This document shows positions 20,079-30,234 of a stretch of DNA of 64,000 bases, piece after piece. Position 1 is the first letter of the stretch. Every line of letters starts with the position of its first letter. The DNA comes from Coleofasciculus sp. B1-GNL1-01. GTDB taxonomy: Bacteria; Cyanobacteriota; Cyanobacteriia; Cyanobacteriales; Coleofasciculaceae. Location: NCBI GenBank assembly GCA_040220235.1, contig JAVJTO010000051.1. One strand, given 5' to 3'. Position numbers and translations under genes: made by a program. Below the pieces are notes generated by a model. That model made no database searches, was not told the origin of the DNA, and worked only from the letters and a program-made list of their open reading frames with translations.

Positions 20079-21908
20079 TCACTGAGCATATAAGGAAAAA
20101 CTCAGAGGAGCAAGGGTTAAGGATTGTCCAGCTTGTAGCTGTTGGGGAAGTTGAGATCCCTCACCCATCCATTCCTTATCCGCCGAGTCAATCACTTTGG
20201 AGAAGTTCCCTGGGGGAATCTGAGGCGAAACGGTTACCGCATTTTTGCCAAAGTGCATCAAAGCGAAGATTTGGTTCTCTCCAGTCTGGCGATGGGTCAC
20301 GATAACTTTTTCTGGGGACAAGCTAGAAACGTTGAGAGCTTGGCGATCTAGATTAGCTAAAGCTGGGGTTTCTTTCCGTAGCTGAATTAACTGTTTGTAC
20401 CAGCGCCGCAATACGGCATAGTTGTCTTGGTCTATCTTCTCCCACTGTAGTTTTGACTGCTCAAAGACTTTTGTCCCTTGGGGATCAGGGGCGTTGTCCC
20501 AACCAAACGCTTTAAACTCTTCCGCTCTCCCGGTACGCACCCCTTCAATTAAATCGGGATCACTGTGACTAACAAAATACTGAAACGGTGCCTCTTCACC
20601 ATATTCTTCACCCATAAATAACATGGGAACATAGGGAGAAAGCAATACCGCCGCTGCCGCTAACTTCAACCCCTGAAAGTCTACCAAAGTGGATAAGCGA
20701 TCGCCAATTAGCCGATTACCAATTTGATCGTGGTTCTGGATACAGACGACAAACTGTTCTGCTGGGCGATCCGCTGCTGAATTGCCATGGTTGCGTTTGC
20801 GGAAGCTGGAATATTGTCCACTATAGATATAGCCTTCGCGCAGAGCGACTGCCAACTGCTCAATTTTGCCAAAATCTTCGTAATATCCCGATAGTTCGCC
20901 CGTTAACAGACTGTGCAAGATGTGGTGAAAGTCATCGCACCATTGAGCATCATGACCAAATCCCCCGTCTTCCCTGGGTTTAATCACGCGCACGTCATTG
21001 AGATCACTTTCGGCGATGACGTATCGTTGCACTGGCGTGGTGCGATTGAAATTAGCCACCGCATCTCCTAACTCTTGTAGAAAGGGTTGAGCGCTCATAT
21101 CGTAAATCGCGTGAACTGCATCAACTCGCAGGGCGTCAATGTGGTACTTGTCTAACCAGTACAGGGCATTCTGGATAAAGAAATTCCGCACATCATTACT
21201 ATAAGCACCATCAAAATTAACTGCATTGCCCCAAGGGGTACGGTATTGATCCGTAAAGTAGGGACCATACGCCCATAGATAGTTGCCTTCGGGTCCTAAA
21301 TGGTTATACACCACATCTAAAATGACCGCGATCCCCGCCTGGTGGCAAGCATCCACGAGCTTTTTCAACCCCGCAGGTCCCCCATAGGACTCTTGCACAC
21401 CATAGACATAAACCCCGTCATACCCCCAGTTGCGGCTTCCGGGAAACTGGGCAACGGGCATAATTTCAATCGCGGTTATGCCTAAATCCTGAAGGTAACT
21501 CAAGCGAGGAATAATCGATTCAAAGGTTCCCTCTGGGGTAAAAGTACCGACGTGGAGTTCGTAAATAATTAGGTCTTTGAGGGGAATTCCTTGCCAGGAA
21601 TTATCCGTCCAGTCAAATTGGTGATCCACCACCTGAGAGTAACCATGGACTCCCTCTGGTTGGTAATGGGAGGCGGGATCAGGTCGTTCCAGTGACCCAT
21701 CGAGTTGGTAAACGTAGAGGGTTCCGGGGTCAGCGTTTACCGTTTCCTGCCAATATCCCCATTCATCCTGTTGCAGAGGAATCACTTGATCGTGGGGAGA
21801 GACGATGTGAACGGCGACGCTGTCCCGGAACGGCGCCCAAACTCGGAATTCACATTGACCCTTACCCAGGTAGTTGCTGCCAATTTTCATATCACCCATA
21901 AAAATCAT
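20079..21908 (-). CDS. treZ: Malto-oligosyltrehalose trehalohydrolase (GH13)
   Basis: FRVWAP, YELHVGTFT, NWGYDGV, DVVYNHLGPEGNY, RVDAVHAI, QNHDQIGNR. Confidence 0.96.
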   Translation of the reverse strand: MIFMGDMKIGSNYLGKGQCEFRVWAPFRDSVAVHIVSPHDQVIPLQQDEWGYWQETVNADPGTLYVYQLDGSLERPDPASHYQPEGVHGYSQVVDHQFDWTDNSWQGIPLKDLIIYELHVGTFTPEGTFESIIPRLSYLQDLGITAIEIMPVAQFPGSRNWGYDGVYVYGVQESYGGPAGLKKLVDACHQAGIAVILDVVYNHLGPEGNYLWAYGPYFTDQYRTPWGNAVNFDGAYSNDVRNFFIQNALYWLDKYHIDALRVDAVHAIYDMSAQPFLQELGDAVANFNRTTPVQRYVIAESDLNDVRVIKPREDGGFGHDAQWCDDFHHILHSLLTGELSGYYEDFGKIEQLAVALREGYIYSGQYSSFRKRNHGNSAADRPAEQFVVCIQNHDQIGNRLIGDRLSTLVDFQGLKLAAAAVLLSPYVPMLFMGEEYGEEAPFQYFVSHSDPDLIEGVRTGRAEEFKAFGWDNAPDPQGTKVFEQSKLQWEKIDQDNYAVLRRWYKQLIQLRKETPALANLDRQALNVSSLSPEKVIVTHRQTGENQIFALMHFGKNAVTVSPQIPPGNFSKVIDSADKEWMGEGSQLPQQLQAGQSLTLAPLSFSLYAQ

Positions 21909-22100
21909 AGTTTCAGGGACTTGTCAAGGTTTTCGCCGTGCGATCGCCTGACTCGGAATCAGCCAATAGGCGGGGTATCCGCACACGATCCGATAACCCC
22001 ACAGGTTATAACGTTTAAATCTAACATCTGGTCTGACCTCTCTGGAATAGCCGACTCAAGTCGCCTATGCCTACCTTCTTAATTCGACCAGCCAGATTGT

Positions 22101-22116
22101 TGTAACAACTATTACA
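22101..22116. promoter_or_regulatory. Candidate NtcA-binding site
   Basis: TGTAACAACTATTACA matches TGTA-N8-TACA, between divergent treZ and psbQ; no canonical -10 box at 22 nt was found. Confidence 0.5.
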
Positions 22117-22418
22117 CGCTTTTGTAACAATGAGATCCCTCTTAAGAAAGAGGCGTCAAGGAGGGAGAAGGCAAATATGGGAAAAGCGCCTGGGAGTCTT
22201 GCCGTGTTTCGACCCCAAGCGCCTTTTCCTTTTCCTCACACACACAACCTAAGTATACTCAATTTGTGGGAATTGTCCAGTCCCAAATCGGAAAAAGCTT
22301 GTCACCCCTTCAGATTGGCAACACCCCCTATAATACCTCTAGTTAGGTTTGGGTTGAGCTATAACCCAATGTATTCGTTTGTCTATATCAAGATCAAGGA
22401 TTGTATACGAGGAAACTC

Positions 22419-22892
22419 ATGCTGATCAGAAGTTATCGCTCCATTCTGGCGTTGATGCTGGCGCTGGTGACCACCTGTCTGGTAAGCTGCGGGAGTCCTG
22501 CGGCAACTGCACCGCCCCCAGCTTATACATCTCAGCAGGTTGAGCAGATTCAGCGCACGGTGTCTAACCTCTCGGAACTGCGGGGAAAAATGCCCGTTCT
22601 GAAAACGAAAATTGATAACCGTGACTGGGTTGATGTTAGCACTTATATTCATGGTCCATTGGGCAGTCTGCGGCGAACCATGAGTTATCTGACACGCCAA
22701 TTGGTTTCCCAAGACCAAAAGGCAGCCAGTGAAGCGGCAGACGACTTGTTTGAACATTTGCAGCAAATCAACACTGCTGCTGAAAACCGCAACTATCAAC
22801 TTGCTATCAACAATTATCAAGAGGCGTTAATCGACTTTGATCGGTTCTTAAAGCTGATTCCGGATGCCAGTAATGTAGCTGGAGTTGCCTGA
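22419..22892 (+). CDS. psbQ: Photosystem II lipoprotein PsbQ (CyanoQ)
   Basis: Lipobox LVSC, PPAYT..Q, DWVDV..YIHGPLG.LR; GAGGAA RBS before ATG 22419; followed by an FAD oxidoreductase as usual. Confidence 0.92.
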   Translation: MLIRSYRSILALMLALVTTCLVSCGSPAATAPPPAYTSQQVEQIQRTVSNLSELRGKMPVLKTKIDNRDWVDVSTYIHGPLGSLRRTMSYLTRQLVSQDQKAASEAADDLFEHLQQINTAAENRNYQLAINNYQEALIDFDRFLKLIPDASNVAGVA

Positions 22893-24011
22893 ATGACTCA
22901 TGTTGCCATCATTGGGTGTGGGATTGTTGGTGCCGCGATCGCTTATGAACTAAGTGGCGTTCCGGGGCTACAGGTGACTGTGTTAGATCGCCAACCACCC
23001 GCCCAAGGGTCAACTGGGGCAGCATTGGGTGTCTTGATGGGTGTAATTAGTCAAAAGGTTAAGGGAAGAACATGGCAGTTGCGCCAAGGCAGTATGCAGC
23101 GCTATGAAACCCTGATTCCGGAATTGGAAACGTTGACTGGGCATCACATTCCCTTTAACCGTCAAGGCATTCTAATGCTGGCGTTTGAGAACGATGATTT
23201 AGCCCGTTGGCAGAATTTAGTCAAAATTCGCCAATCTCAAGGATGGCAACTGGAAATTTGGAACCCCTCTCAGGTTCAATCCCACTGTCCTCAGCTTAAT
23301 CTGGAGAATAGTATCGGTGCGATTTATTCTCCCAATGATCGACAAGTTGAACCCACCGCCCTCACTCACGCCCTAGTCTCTGCCGCCGAAAAAAGGGGGG
23401 TAACGTTTAAGTTTGGTGTTGATGTTGAAGGGGTGGAATCCATACCTGCCAATGGTTCCAATCGGCGAATTTGTCAACAAATTCACACAAACAGGGAAAC
23501 TTTGGCAGTGAATTGGCTGGTAATTGCGGCTGGATTAGGTTCGGCGCAATTGGTCAATTTTCTGCTACCCCCACTTGATCACTCGTCTTCGATTAAGCTG
23601 AAACCCGTTCTCGGTCAAGCGTTACAATTACGCTTAGAAAATACAATCGGAAATCCCGATTTCCAGCCTGTGATTACCGGAGATGATGTGCATATTGTGC
23701 CAATCGGTGGCAGTGATTATTGGGTGGGGGCAACGGTTGAGTTCCCTGATGGCGCTGAAGTGGTAGCAGAACCTGCGTTACTTGAACAGGTTAAGGAAGA
23801 TGCGATCGCCTTTTGTCCCGCTTTAGCCCAAGCCACAGTGGTTCGCACTTGGTTAGGAAAACGTCCTCGTCCAGAAGGACAGCCTGCTCCGGTTATTGGT
23901 AAACTATCAGGTTATGATAATGTCTTGCTGGCAACGGGTCACTATCGCAACGGTGTTCTCCTCGCCCCAGCTACCGCCCAAGAGATTCAAGCAATAATCT
24001 GTGGCGTCTAG
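22893..24011 (+). CDS. FAD-dependent oxidoreductase (glycine/D-amino-acid oxidase family)
   Basis: GCGIVG Rossmann motif, GKRPRP, GHYRNGVLLAPATA. Confidence 0.9.
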   Translation: MTHVAIIGCGIVGAAIAYELSGVPGLQVTVLDRQPPAQGSTGAALGVLMGVISQKVKGRTWQLRQGSMQRYETLIPELETLTGHHIPFNRQGILMLAFENDDLARWQNLVKIRQSQGWQLEIWNPSQVQSHCPQLNLENSIGAIYSPNDRQVEPTALTHALVSAAEKRGVTFKFGVDVEGVESIPANGSNRRICQQIHTNRETLAVNWLVIAAGLGSAQLVNFLLPPLDHSSSIKLKPVLGQALQLRLENTIGNPDFQPVITGDDVHIVPIGGSDYWVGATVEFPDGAEVVAEPALLEQVKEDAIAFCPALAQATVVRTWLGKRPRPEGQPAPVIGKLSGYDNVLLATGHYRNGVLLAPATAQEIQAIICGV

Positions 24012-24057
24012 AATCTAGTGCAGGGCTTGGTTTATTTAAGATGACGGTGAAGACGAC

Positions 24058-24954
24058 GTGTACCAACAAGAGCAAATTCAAGAGTTATTTGGAAAGCAAT
24101 TTCTCGATTATCTAAAAAACAAAAATAAAGGGGGAATAGTCAACGAAAAAAGTAATACTTATGAGAATTTTTTTGTCGTATATAAAATATCGGTTTTGTC
24201 CAAAGATGTCTTAGAAAATGATAAAGAAATATTCTTTGCTAGTCAAATCATGGCATTTGTTGATGACTTAATTATTAACGACATCCAGGAGAATATTTAT
24301 CAGCACTACCAGTTGAAAAATACTGCAAGTTTAAGATGGGGAAGTGGATTACGCTCAATTGCTGACGATTTTGTTAAACAATACAACTTAAATCAAACTA
24401 TATCAAAGCAATCAGAAATGACATTAGTTGTTTCTAACTTCCAACTCAGAGACAGGTTGGCAAATCAAATACCTCAGCAAATTGCCGAGTTTAGTAAAGT
24501 TGATTACTTTTACTTTGCCCCTAGTTTACCAAAAGTTCTTCAAGAAGAACAGGAGTTTAGCCAAGCGGTGGCATATCTTTGCGCTTTTGACAATCCTGAA
24601 CCCGATAAAATTGAATGTGTAGCTAGTGTGATTCTAGGCGCGTGGCTTTCCAGCGATAAATCTAATGTCTCTCTTAGGGAAATTTTGGAAAAATCTCGAC
24701 AATCGCAACCTTCTTATATTCGTTACTTTGGTAGCCAAGATGTGCAAATCGATCCAGAGGTTAAAAAAATTCTTGCTAAAATACAAGGGTTTACATACAG
24801 CATATCTAAAGGTTTTTTGCAATGGCAATTTGCGAATGGACTGGAAGAAGGAACTTTGCCATACAGTATAGAGACTGAAAACTTTAGACGCTTTCAAGAA
24901 CGAGTTAAGCAAAATAAACCAATGACATTTGATGAACTTGAAATTTACTTTTAA
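24058..24954 (+). CDS. Hypothetical protein with a putative N-terminal PD-(D/E)xK-like nuclease domain
   Basis: GG..NEKSNTYE..F..Y / FVDDLII / HYQLKN resembles Cap4/DUF4297-type nuclease motifs; AT-rich. Confidence 0.55.
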   Translation: MYQQEQIQELFGKQFLDYLKNKNKGGIVNEKSNTYENFFVVYKISVLSKDVLENDKEIFFASQIMAFVDDLIINDIQENIYQHYQLKNTASLRWGSGLRSIADDFVKQYNLNQTISKQSEMTLVVSNFQLRDRLANQIPQQIAEFSKVDYFYFAPSLPKVLQEEQEFSQAVAYLCAFDNPEPDKIECVASVILGAWLSSDKSNVSLREILEKSRQSQPSYIRYFGSQDVQIDPEVKKILAKIQGFTYSISKGFLQWQFANGLEEGTLPYSIETENFRRFQERVKQNKPMTFDELEIYF

Positions 24955-25037
24955 AGAAATTAAATTTTTAGAGTAAATATTTATGAACTTGCATAAAAAT
25001 TATACAATTATTTATTTTTAGTTATACAAAATAGGAG

Positions 25038-25769
25038 ATGATTGGTATGCAATTTACAACTAAAATAAACTCAAGATACTATACAGAATTAGCCGATACG
25101 GAAACAAAAAAATTTCTCGATAAGTTAGCAGATAAAAGCACATCTCCTGAAGCCTATCGCTCAGTTATGTTTAATCTAGGAGTAAAACTTGGCAATTCAA
25201 TTTTAAGGTCTATTAATAGTCAAAGCAATGTATATGTAGCTTGTACCGTTGAAGATGCGGATTTTTTAGCCAAAGGAATTCTTACGACTTTAGAACCTAA
25301 AGTTTCAAAACTTGCCTTCGCTTGTTTTTGGAATCAACGATTTTCCCCCTTTGAGATAAACGAGTTAAAAGTTGCTCCGATACTCAAAAAATATCAAGAG
25401 CCTGTTAATAATGATATTGTTCAGTATTTAATCGTGATTAAGTCCATTATCTCTGGTGCTTGTGTTGTGAGGACAAATCTAACTAATCTAATTCAAAAAA
25501 TTGAACCCGAAAAAATAATTATTGCTGCACCAGTCATTTATAAAACAGCAGAAGAAAAGTTAAGTAGTGAATTCAACAAGGATATTTACAGTAAATTTGA
25601 GTTTTTCTACTTTGCTAAAGATTCCACACGAGATGATAAAGGTATAGTTCTACCTGGTATTGGTGGTAGTGTGTATGAGCGGCTAGGTTTTGAAGGTCAA
25701 GATGAAAAGAATAGATATATTCCTGAAATCGTTAAATCTCGACGTCACAAGCTTATTCAAAAAATTTAG
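25038..25769 (+). CDS. Atypical phosphoribosyltransferase (UPRT-like fold)
   Basis: LADKSTSPEAYR (cf. UPRT LRDxxT..xFR), degenerate PRPP loop VIKSIISGAC, RDDKGIVLPGIGG (cf. UPRT GYIVPGLGD); AGGAG RBS. Confidence 0.65.
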   Translation: MIGMQFTTKINSRYYTELADTETKKFLDKLADKSTSPEAYRSVMFNLGVKLGNSILRSINSQSNVYVACTVEDADFLAKGILTTLEPKVSKLAFACFWNQRFSPFEINELKVAPILKKYQEPVNNDIVQYLIVIKSIISGACVVRTNLTNLIQKIEPEKIIIAAPVIYKTAEEKLSSEFNKDIYSKFEFFYFAKDSTRDDKGIVLPGIGGSVYERLGFEGQDEKNRYIPEIVKSRRHKLIQKI

Positions 25770-25778
25770 AATAGTGGT

Positions 25779-27989
25779 TTAAGTCTGGTTAGGTTTAAGA
25801 TTTAGGGGAATCTCTACAATAAATGAGGTTCCTTGTCCTGGATGAGAAACGCAACGAAGTTGACCGCCGTGTTTTTCCACCACAATCTTATAACTAATGG
25901 ACAGTCCTAATCCCGTTCCCTTTCCCACGGGCTTGGTGGTAAAAAATGGGTCAAATATATGCTCAAGGACATTTTGACTCATGCCATAACCATTGTCCCC
26001 AATCTGAATCACTGCCCAATCAGTCGCTTTTTCCGTTGAACTCCAGGACTGAACCCGATGAGTTTGGGTGCGAATCACAATTTGTGGCTCTCTGAGAGGA
26101 GCATCCGTTTGCGTCGCAGCCTCTGATAAGGCTTCAATCGCATTAGCCAGCAAATTCATAAACACTTGATTTAAAAGGCTAGAATAACATACCACCAACG
26201 GCAGTTGACCATACTCTTTAACGACCTTAATTTCAGGACGATTCTTCTGCGCTTGGAGTCGATGCTGCAAAATGAGTAGAGTATTATCAATTCCCTGATG
26301 AATATCGGCGGGTTTTAGTTCATCATCATGGCGTCTAGAGAAGCTGCGTAGCGATAAAACGATCTGCTGGAGACGTTCAGCGCCAACCTGCATCGATTGC
26401 ATCAATTTTTGCCAATCCTCTACTAGAAAATCTAACTCAATCTCCGACGAAATCTGGCGAATTTCTGATGTGGGATTGGGATAGCTCTGCCGATATGCTT
26501 TAATGAGGCGTGTCAAGTCTTCAAAGTATTGCTTGGTATAGTCAAGATTACCTGCAATAAAGTTAACGGGATTGTTCAATTCATGGGCGAGTCCGGCTAC
26601 CATTTCTCCGAGAGCCGACATTTTAGCCGCTTGGACGAGTTGGGCTTGAGTGTCTTGCAATTCCGAGAGAGTCGTTGTTAGCTGTTGCGCCTTTTGACGC
26701 TCTCGGACTTCCGATTGGCGTAGCGATTCTTGCGCCTGTTGGTGCTGGTTGGCTTCTAAGACTAAGGACACTAAATCGCCACTGGAACGAGCGAAATTCT
26801 GTTCTTCTGACGTCCAATGGCGCTCTTGACCCACCTGTTCATGGCATACAACACCCACGGTTTGACCCCCGATTCGGATGGGAGCATCCATCATCGAAGC
26901 AATTCCCAAGGGTGTTAAGTAAACAGACGAAAATTCGCCAGTTCTCGGGTCAGTGTGGGCATTGTCTGCTGCAATGAGTTGGTCAGCCATTAACGCTTGA
27001 AAATAGTTGGGATAATCAACGGCTGTCAGTTCGGTTCCTTCATTATGTTGGCGGCTACTGAGTTCAAACAGGTCAAAGCATTGAATCTGAGTTCGGTTCG
27101 AGTCAAACAGCCAGATACTTACCCGTTCAATGTTAAGGGTTTGAGCAGTTGCTTCTGTGATGGCTTGGAACGCTTCCTGCAAGTTTCCCTGATGCAGTGC
27201 TTTGTTTTTAGCCAGTTCCATTAACACCCGGTTTTGATGGTGCAATTTGTTGACACGTTGTTGTAGTTCTTGATGGGACTCAGCTAAGTTGGCTTGGGTC
27301 GATGACCGTTGGGTGTACTGATTGGGTAGAAGGAGATAGGCTTGTCTGGCAGCCAACCACACAACCCCATAGAGTAAGGTAAAAATGGAAACGGCAGCTA
27401 TTACAATTGTCCTCTGGGTGTGTTCAATGCGCTCTACTAAGGGAGTCTCATCCGTATAAAGTTCAAAAATACCTATAATTGGCTCACTGGCATTCTCAAG
27501 CTGGATGGGAATGTAGCTGGAAAAAAGCTGGCGGTCTGTAATTTTTCCGTTAATTCCCTGGAACTCTTGGTGCTGATTGTGTAATGTTAAGGTTTGACCG
27601 TTACGGGCAATGAGAAAGTCTTGGCTATTGGTTATTTTGCCAATCTCAGAGGGTTCCGTGGAAAAAATGGTGCGCCCTTGGTGGTTAGACAGTTTGACTT
27701 TAACCACGGATAGACCTTTGATCTCATTGATAACGGTGCGATGAAGTCTAGCGATTTCCTCCGATGATAGCAATTGCTCATCACTCAGTTTTTCGGCTGA
27801 TTGCAACAAGGGAGCTAAATCTGAACCCCAGGCATTGGCAAACGCTTGGGTTAATGCCACATTGTTACTTTCTCCCATCGCGACCAAATCGCCATGAACT
27901 TTCTGATGGTAAATGAAGCTGATAAAGACTGTGGCTAAACCAAAAGCGATTAAACTGATAATTGAAAAAGAACGGAGACGGTTTAACAT
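25779..27989 (-). CDS. Membrane sensor histidine kinase (periplasmic sensor, GAF, HisKA/HATPase)
   Basis: Two TM segments; ERVSIWLF..MDAPIRIGG (GAF); AGLAHELNNP; NQVFMNLLANA; FDPFFTTKPVGKGTGLGL. Confidence 0.93.
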   Translation of the reverse strand: MLNRLRSFSIISLIAFGLATVFISFIYHQKVHGDLVAMGESNNVALTQAFANAWGSDLAPLLQSAEKLSDEQLLSSEEIARLHRTVINEIKGLSVVKVKLSNHQGRTIFSTEPSEIGKITNSQDFLIARNGQTLTLHNQHQEFQGINGKITDRQLFSSYIPIQLENASEPIIGIFELYTDETPLVERIEHTQRTIVIAAVSIFTLLYGVVWLAARQAYLLLPNQYTQRSSTQANLAESHQELQQRVNKLHHQNRVLMELAKNKALHQGNLQEAFQAITEATAQTLNIERVSIWLFDSNRTQIQCFDLFELSSRQHNEGTELTAVDYPNYFQALMADQLIAADNAHTDPRTGEFSSVYLTPLGIASMMDAPIRIGGQTVGVVCHEQVGQERHWTSEEQNFARSSGDLVSLVLEANQHQQAQESLRQSEVRERQKAQQLTTTLSELQDTQAQLVQAAKMSALGEMVAGLAHELNNPVNFIAGNLDYTKQYFEDLTRLIKAYRQSYPNPTSEIRQISSEIELDFLVEDWQKLMQSMQVGAERLQQIVLSLRSFSRRHDDELKPADIHQGIDNTLLILQHRLQAQKNRPEIKVVKEYGQLPLVVCYSSLLNQVFMNLLANAIEALSEAATQTDAPLREPQIVIRTQTHRVQSWSSTEKATDWAVIQIGDNGYGMSQNVLEHIFDPFFTTKPVGKGTGLGLSISYKIVVEKHGGQLRCVSHPGQGTSFIVEIPLNLKPNQT

Positions 27990-28830
27990 TTAATAAAATA
28001 GGAAATACTTTGCAGAAATAATTTTAGACATTATAGCATAAATGCAAATAATCTAGCACATTGTTTGGTTTTGGAATCGCCAAAATTAAATACAAATACT
28101 ATTGGCAGCAAATAATTTAGCAATTTATTATTCACTTGATCACAAATAAGCACAATTAACTTATTTTTTGATTTATTTTTCAAAAAAGTCTTTTATTGTT
28201 ACCCAGCAAAGCAAGGCAAATGACAGCTATTTAAATAACTTGATTATCAGAATAAACTATTCCTTAAGCAAAAAAAAATGATGCCTGGTAATATTTGGAT
28301 AAATCTGGCGTTGTCTAGGTTTTGATCATCCTGCACCAGGAAGTACCAACGCCTATACAACGGCTGTACCCAGCAAGCCGCCGATCATTAAATCAGTTGG
28401 GTTAGCCATGACAGGTAAGGAGAGGATTAGATTGGGCGCGATCGCAACATTGGTTCTGACGGTAACCTCTCTTCTCCTATCCCTGACAGGAACAGGGTTT
28501 GCCACTATCTCGTGGCTTGTAACCATGGCGTACTCTTATCGGAGCTTGTTACCTTGGAGAGTAGCAGGGTGATTAGCACTACCTTATGATACGCTCATCA
28601 GCAGTAACAGGCTATCCCCTAATCCTACCAATGTAATCGGGTGAGCCTGAGAATTAGTGTAAATTGGCAGGACGTGTCTTCCCAATGACGAATAATAATC
28701 TTTTGCTTGATTCTATACTACCAAACGTGACGCGATCGCGACCCATGAACCTACTCAAGTTTTCTAGGCAAAGGCAAGTCTTCATTCAACAACTATTCAA
28801 CCTAATCAATCTAGAGATTGGAGTAGATTT

Positions 28831-29721
28831 GTGGCAATTGTAATTTCATTTATTAACTTTAAGGGAGGTGTGGGTAAAACAACAACCACCGTCGCCGTTG
28901 CTGAGATGCTGGCTGGGGTATTCCATCGCAAAGTTTTGGTTATTGACCTTGATCCGCAAACCAATGCCACATTAATGCTGATTGGCGAAGAACGATGGGA
29001 AGAACTTAATGAAAATCGTCACACCTTAGCCCAACTGTTTCTGGATGCGATCGCGCCAGAACATCCTAAGTTTCATCTGCAGAAAACCTTGCAAAAGCAA
29101 GTCTCTAATGTTAAAGATTTAACCAGTTTAGATTTGCTGCCGTCGAGTTTAGATCTAATCAATGTGCAAGATCGGCTAGCGACTATTCCCGCCGGACGGT
29201 TTTATGCCGCCAGTCCGATTAACATCTTGCGGCGAGGAATTCGCTCCTTAATTGACTCTTATGATTATATTCTCATCGACTGCCCACCTAATTTGGGTAT
29301 TGTGACACTCAATGGATTACGAATTTCTCAAGGTTATATCATTCCCACCATTCCGGATATTCTCTCAACCTATGGAATTCCCCAAATTACCAAAACTATT
29401 CATGAGTTTTCTGAAACGATTGCTGAACCGATTGTTCCCTTAGGCATTGTTATCTGTAAATATAATGCTGGCATGACACTTCACGATCGCGTGATTAAGG
29501 ATTTACGGCGATATAGTAAAGATGCCCGTGTCTTTGAAACCCAAATTCCGCACAAACAACAAATTGCTGAAACCGTTGAATTCAATCAAGCCGATAAGTT
29601 TTCAACCTTGCGACAAAAATGGGGATATGCGGGTCAGTTTGAACAATATCTAAATTTGGCAAAAGAAATCCGACTCGCGGCGAGTCAAATTATCAAAGAT
29701 AAGCCATCTTACTTCAGTTGA
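28831..29721 (+). CDS. ParA/Soj family ATPase
   Basis: KGGVGKTT deviant Walker A, IDLDPQTNAT, LIDCPPNLG. Confidence 0.92.
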   Translation: MAIVISFINFKGGVGKTTTTVAVAEMLAGVFHRKVLVIDLDPQTNATLMLIGEERWEELNENRHTLAQLFLDAIAPEHPKFHLQKTLQKQVSNVKDLTSLDLLPSSLDLINVQDRLATIPAGRFYAASPINILRRGIRSLIDSYDYILIDCPPNLGIVTLNGLRISQGYIIPTIPDILSTYGIPQITKTIHEFSETIAEPIVPLGIVICKYNAGMTLHDRVIKDLRRYSKDARVFETQIPHKQQIAETVEFNQADKFSTLRQKWGYAGQFEQYLNLAKEIRLAASQIIKDKPSYFS

Positions 29722-29736
29722 ACGTGGAGACATTGC

Positions 29737-30138
29737 ATGAGCCTTGACAAACTTATGGCATTGATCAAACTCCTAGACGAAGTTCGTCCTGATCCCCAGG
29801 CGACTCTGACTAAATACCAACATGATCCCGACTTTGCCCAAGAGATTGATTCCTTATTTCAAATCTTATCGACAAAAAGCAAATCTCGGTCGAAAAAACG
29901 CCGCACTCGCCGACGTACCAGTGTTTTCGATCCGGTTGAACTCTATCACCAGAAAGGAGAGAAACATTTACGCGAACAGTTGCAGCAACTTGAGGTTGAA
30001 CAACTTAAAGATATGATTGCCGAACATGGGATGGATTCCAGTCGGCGGGCAATGCGCTGGAAAAAACGCGATCGCCTGATTGAGTTGATTGTCAAAACCG
30101 CTAGCTGTCGCGCCCGTAAAGGCGATGCCTTTCGCTGA
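29737..30138 (+). CDS. Small basic hypothetical protein, partner of the ParA-like ATPase
   Basis: 15 bp after parA, GGAG RBS; KSKSRSKKRRTRRR basic tract and a helical C-terminal domain. Confidence 0.75.
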   Translation: MSLDKLMALIKLLDEVRPDPQATLTKYQHDPDFAQEIDSLFQILSTKSKSRSKKRRTRRRTSVFDPVELYHQKGEKHLREQLQQLEVEQLKDMIAEHGMDSSRRAMRWKKRDRLIELIVKTASCRARKGDAFR

Positions 30139-30234
30139 GAGAGAGCGATTTTTATTTCTATCGTCAGGGTACGGCTCGTTCTACAATAGTTTTCTGGTCT
30201 AAAAATTTTAAGTTAATCCGTCTTTTCAAATCTT

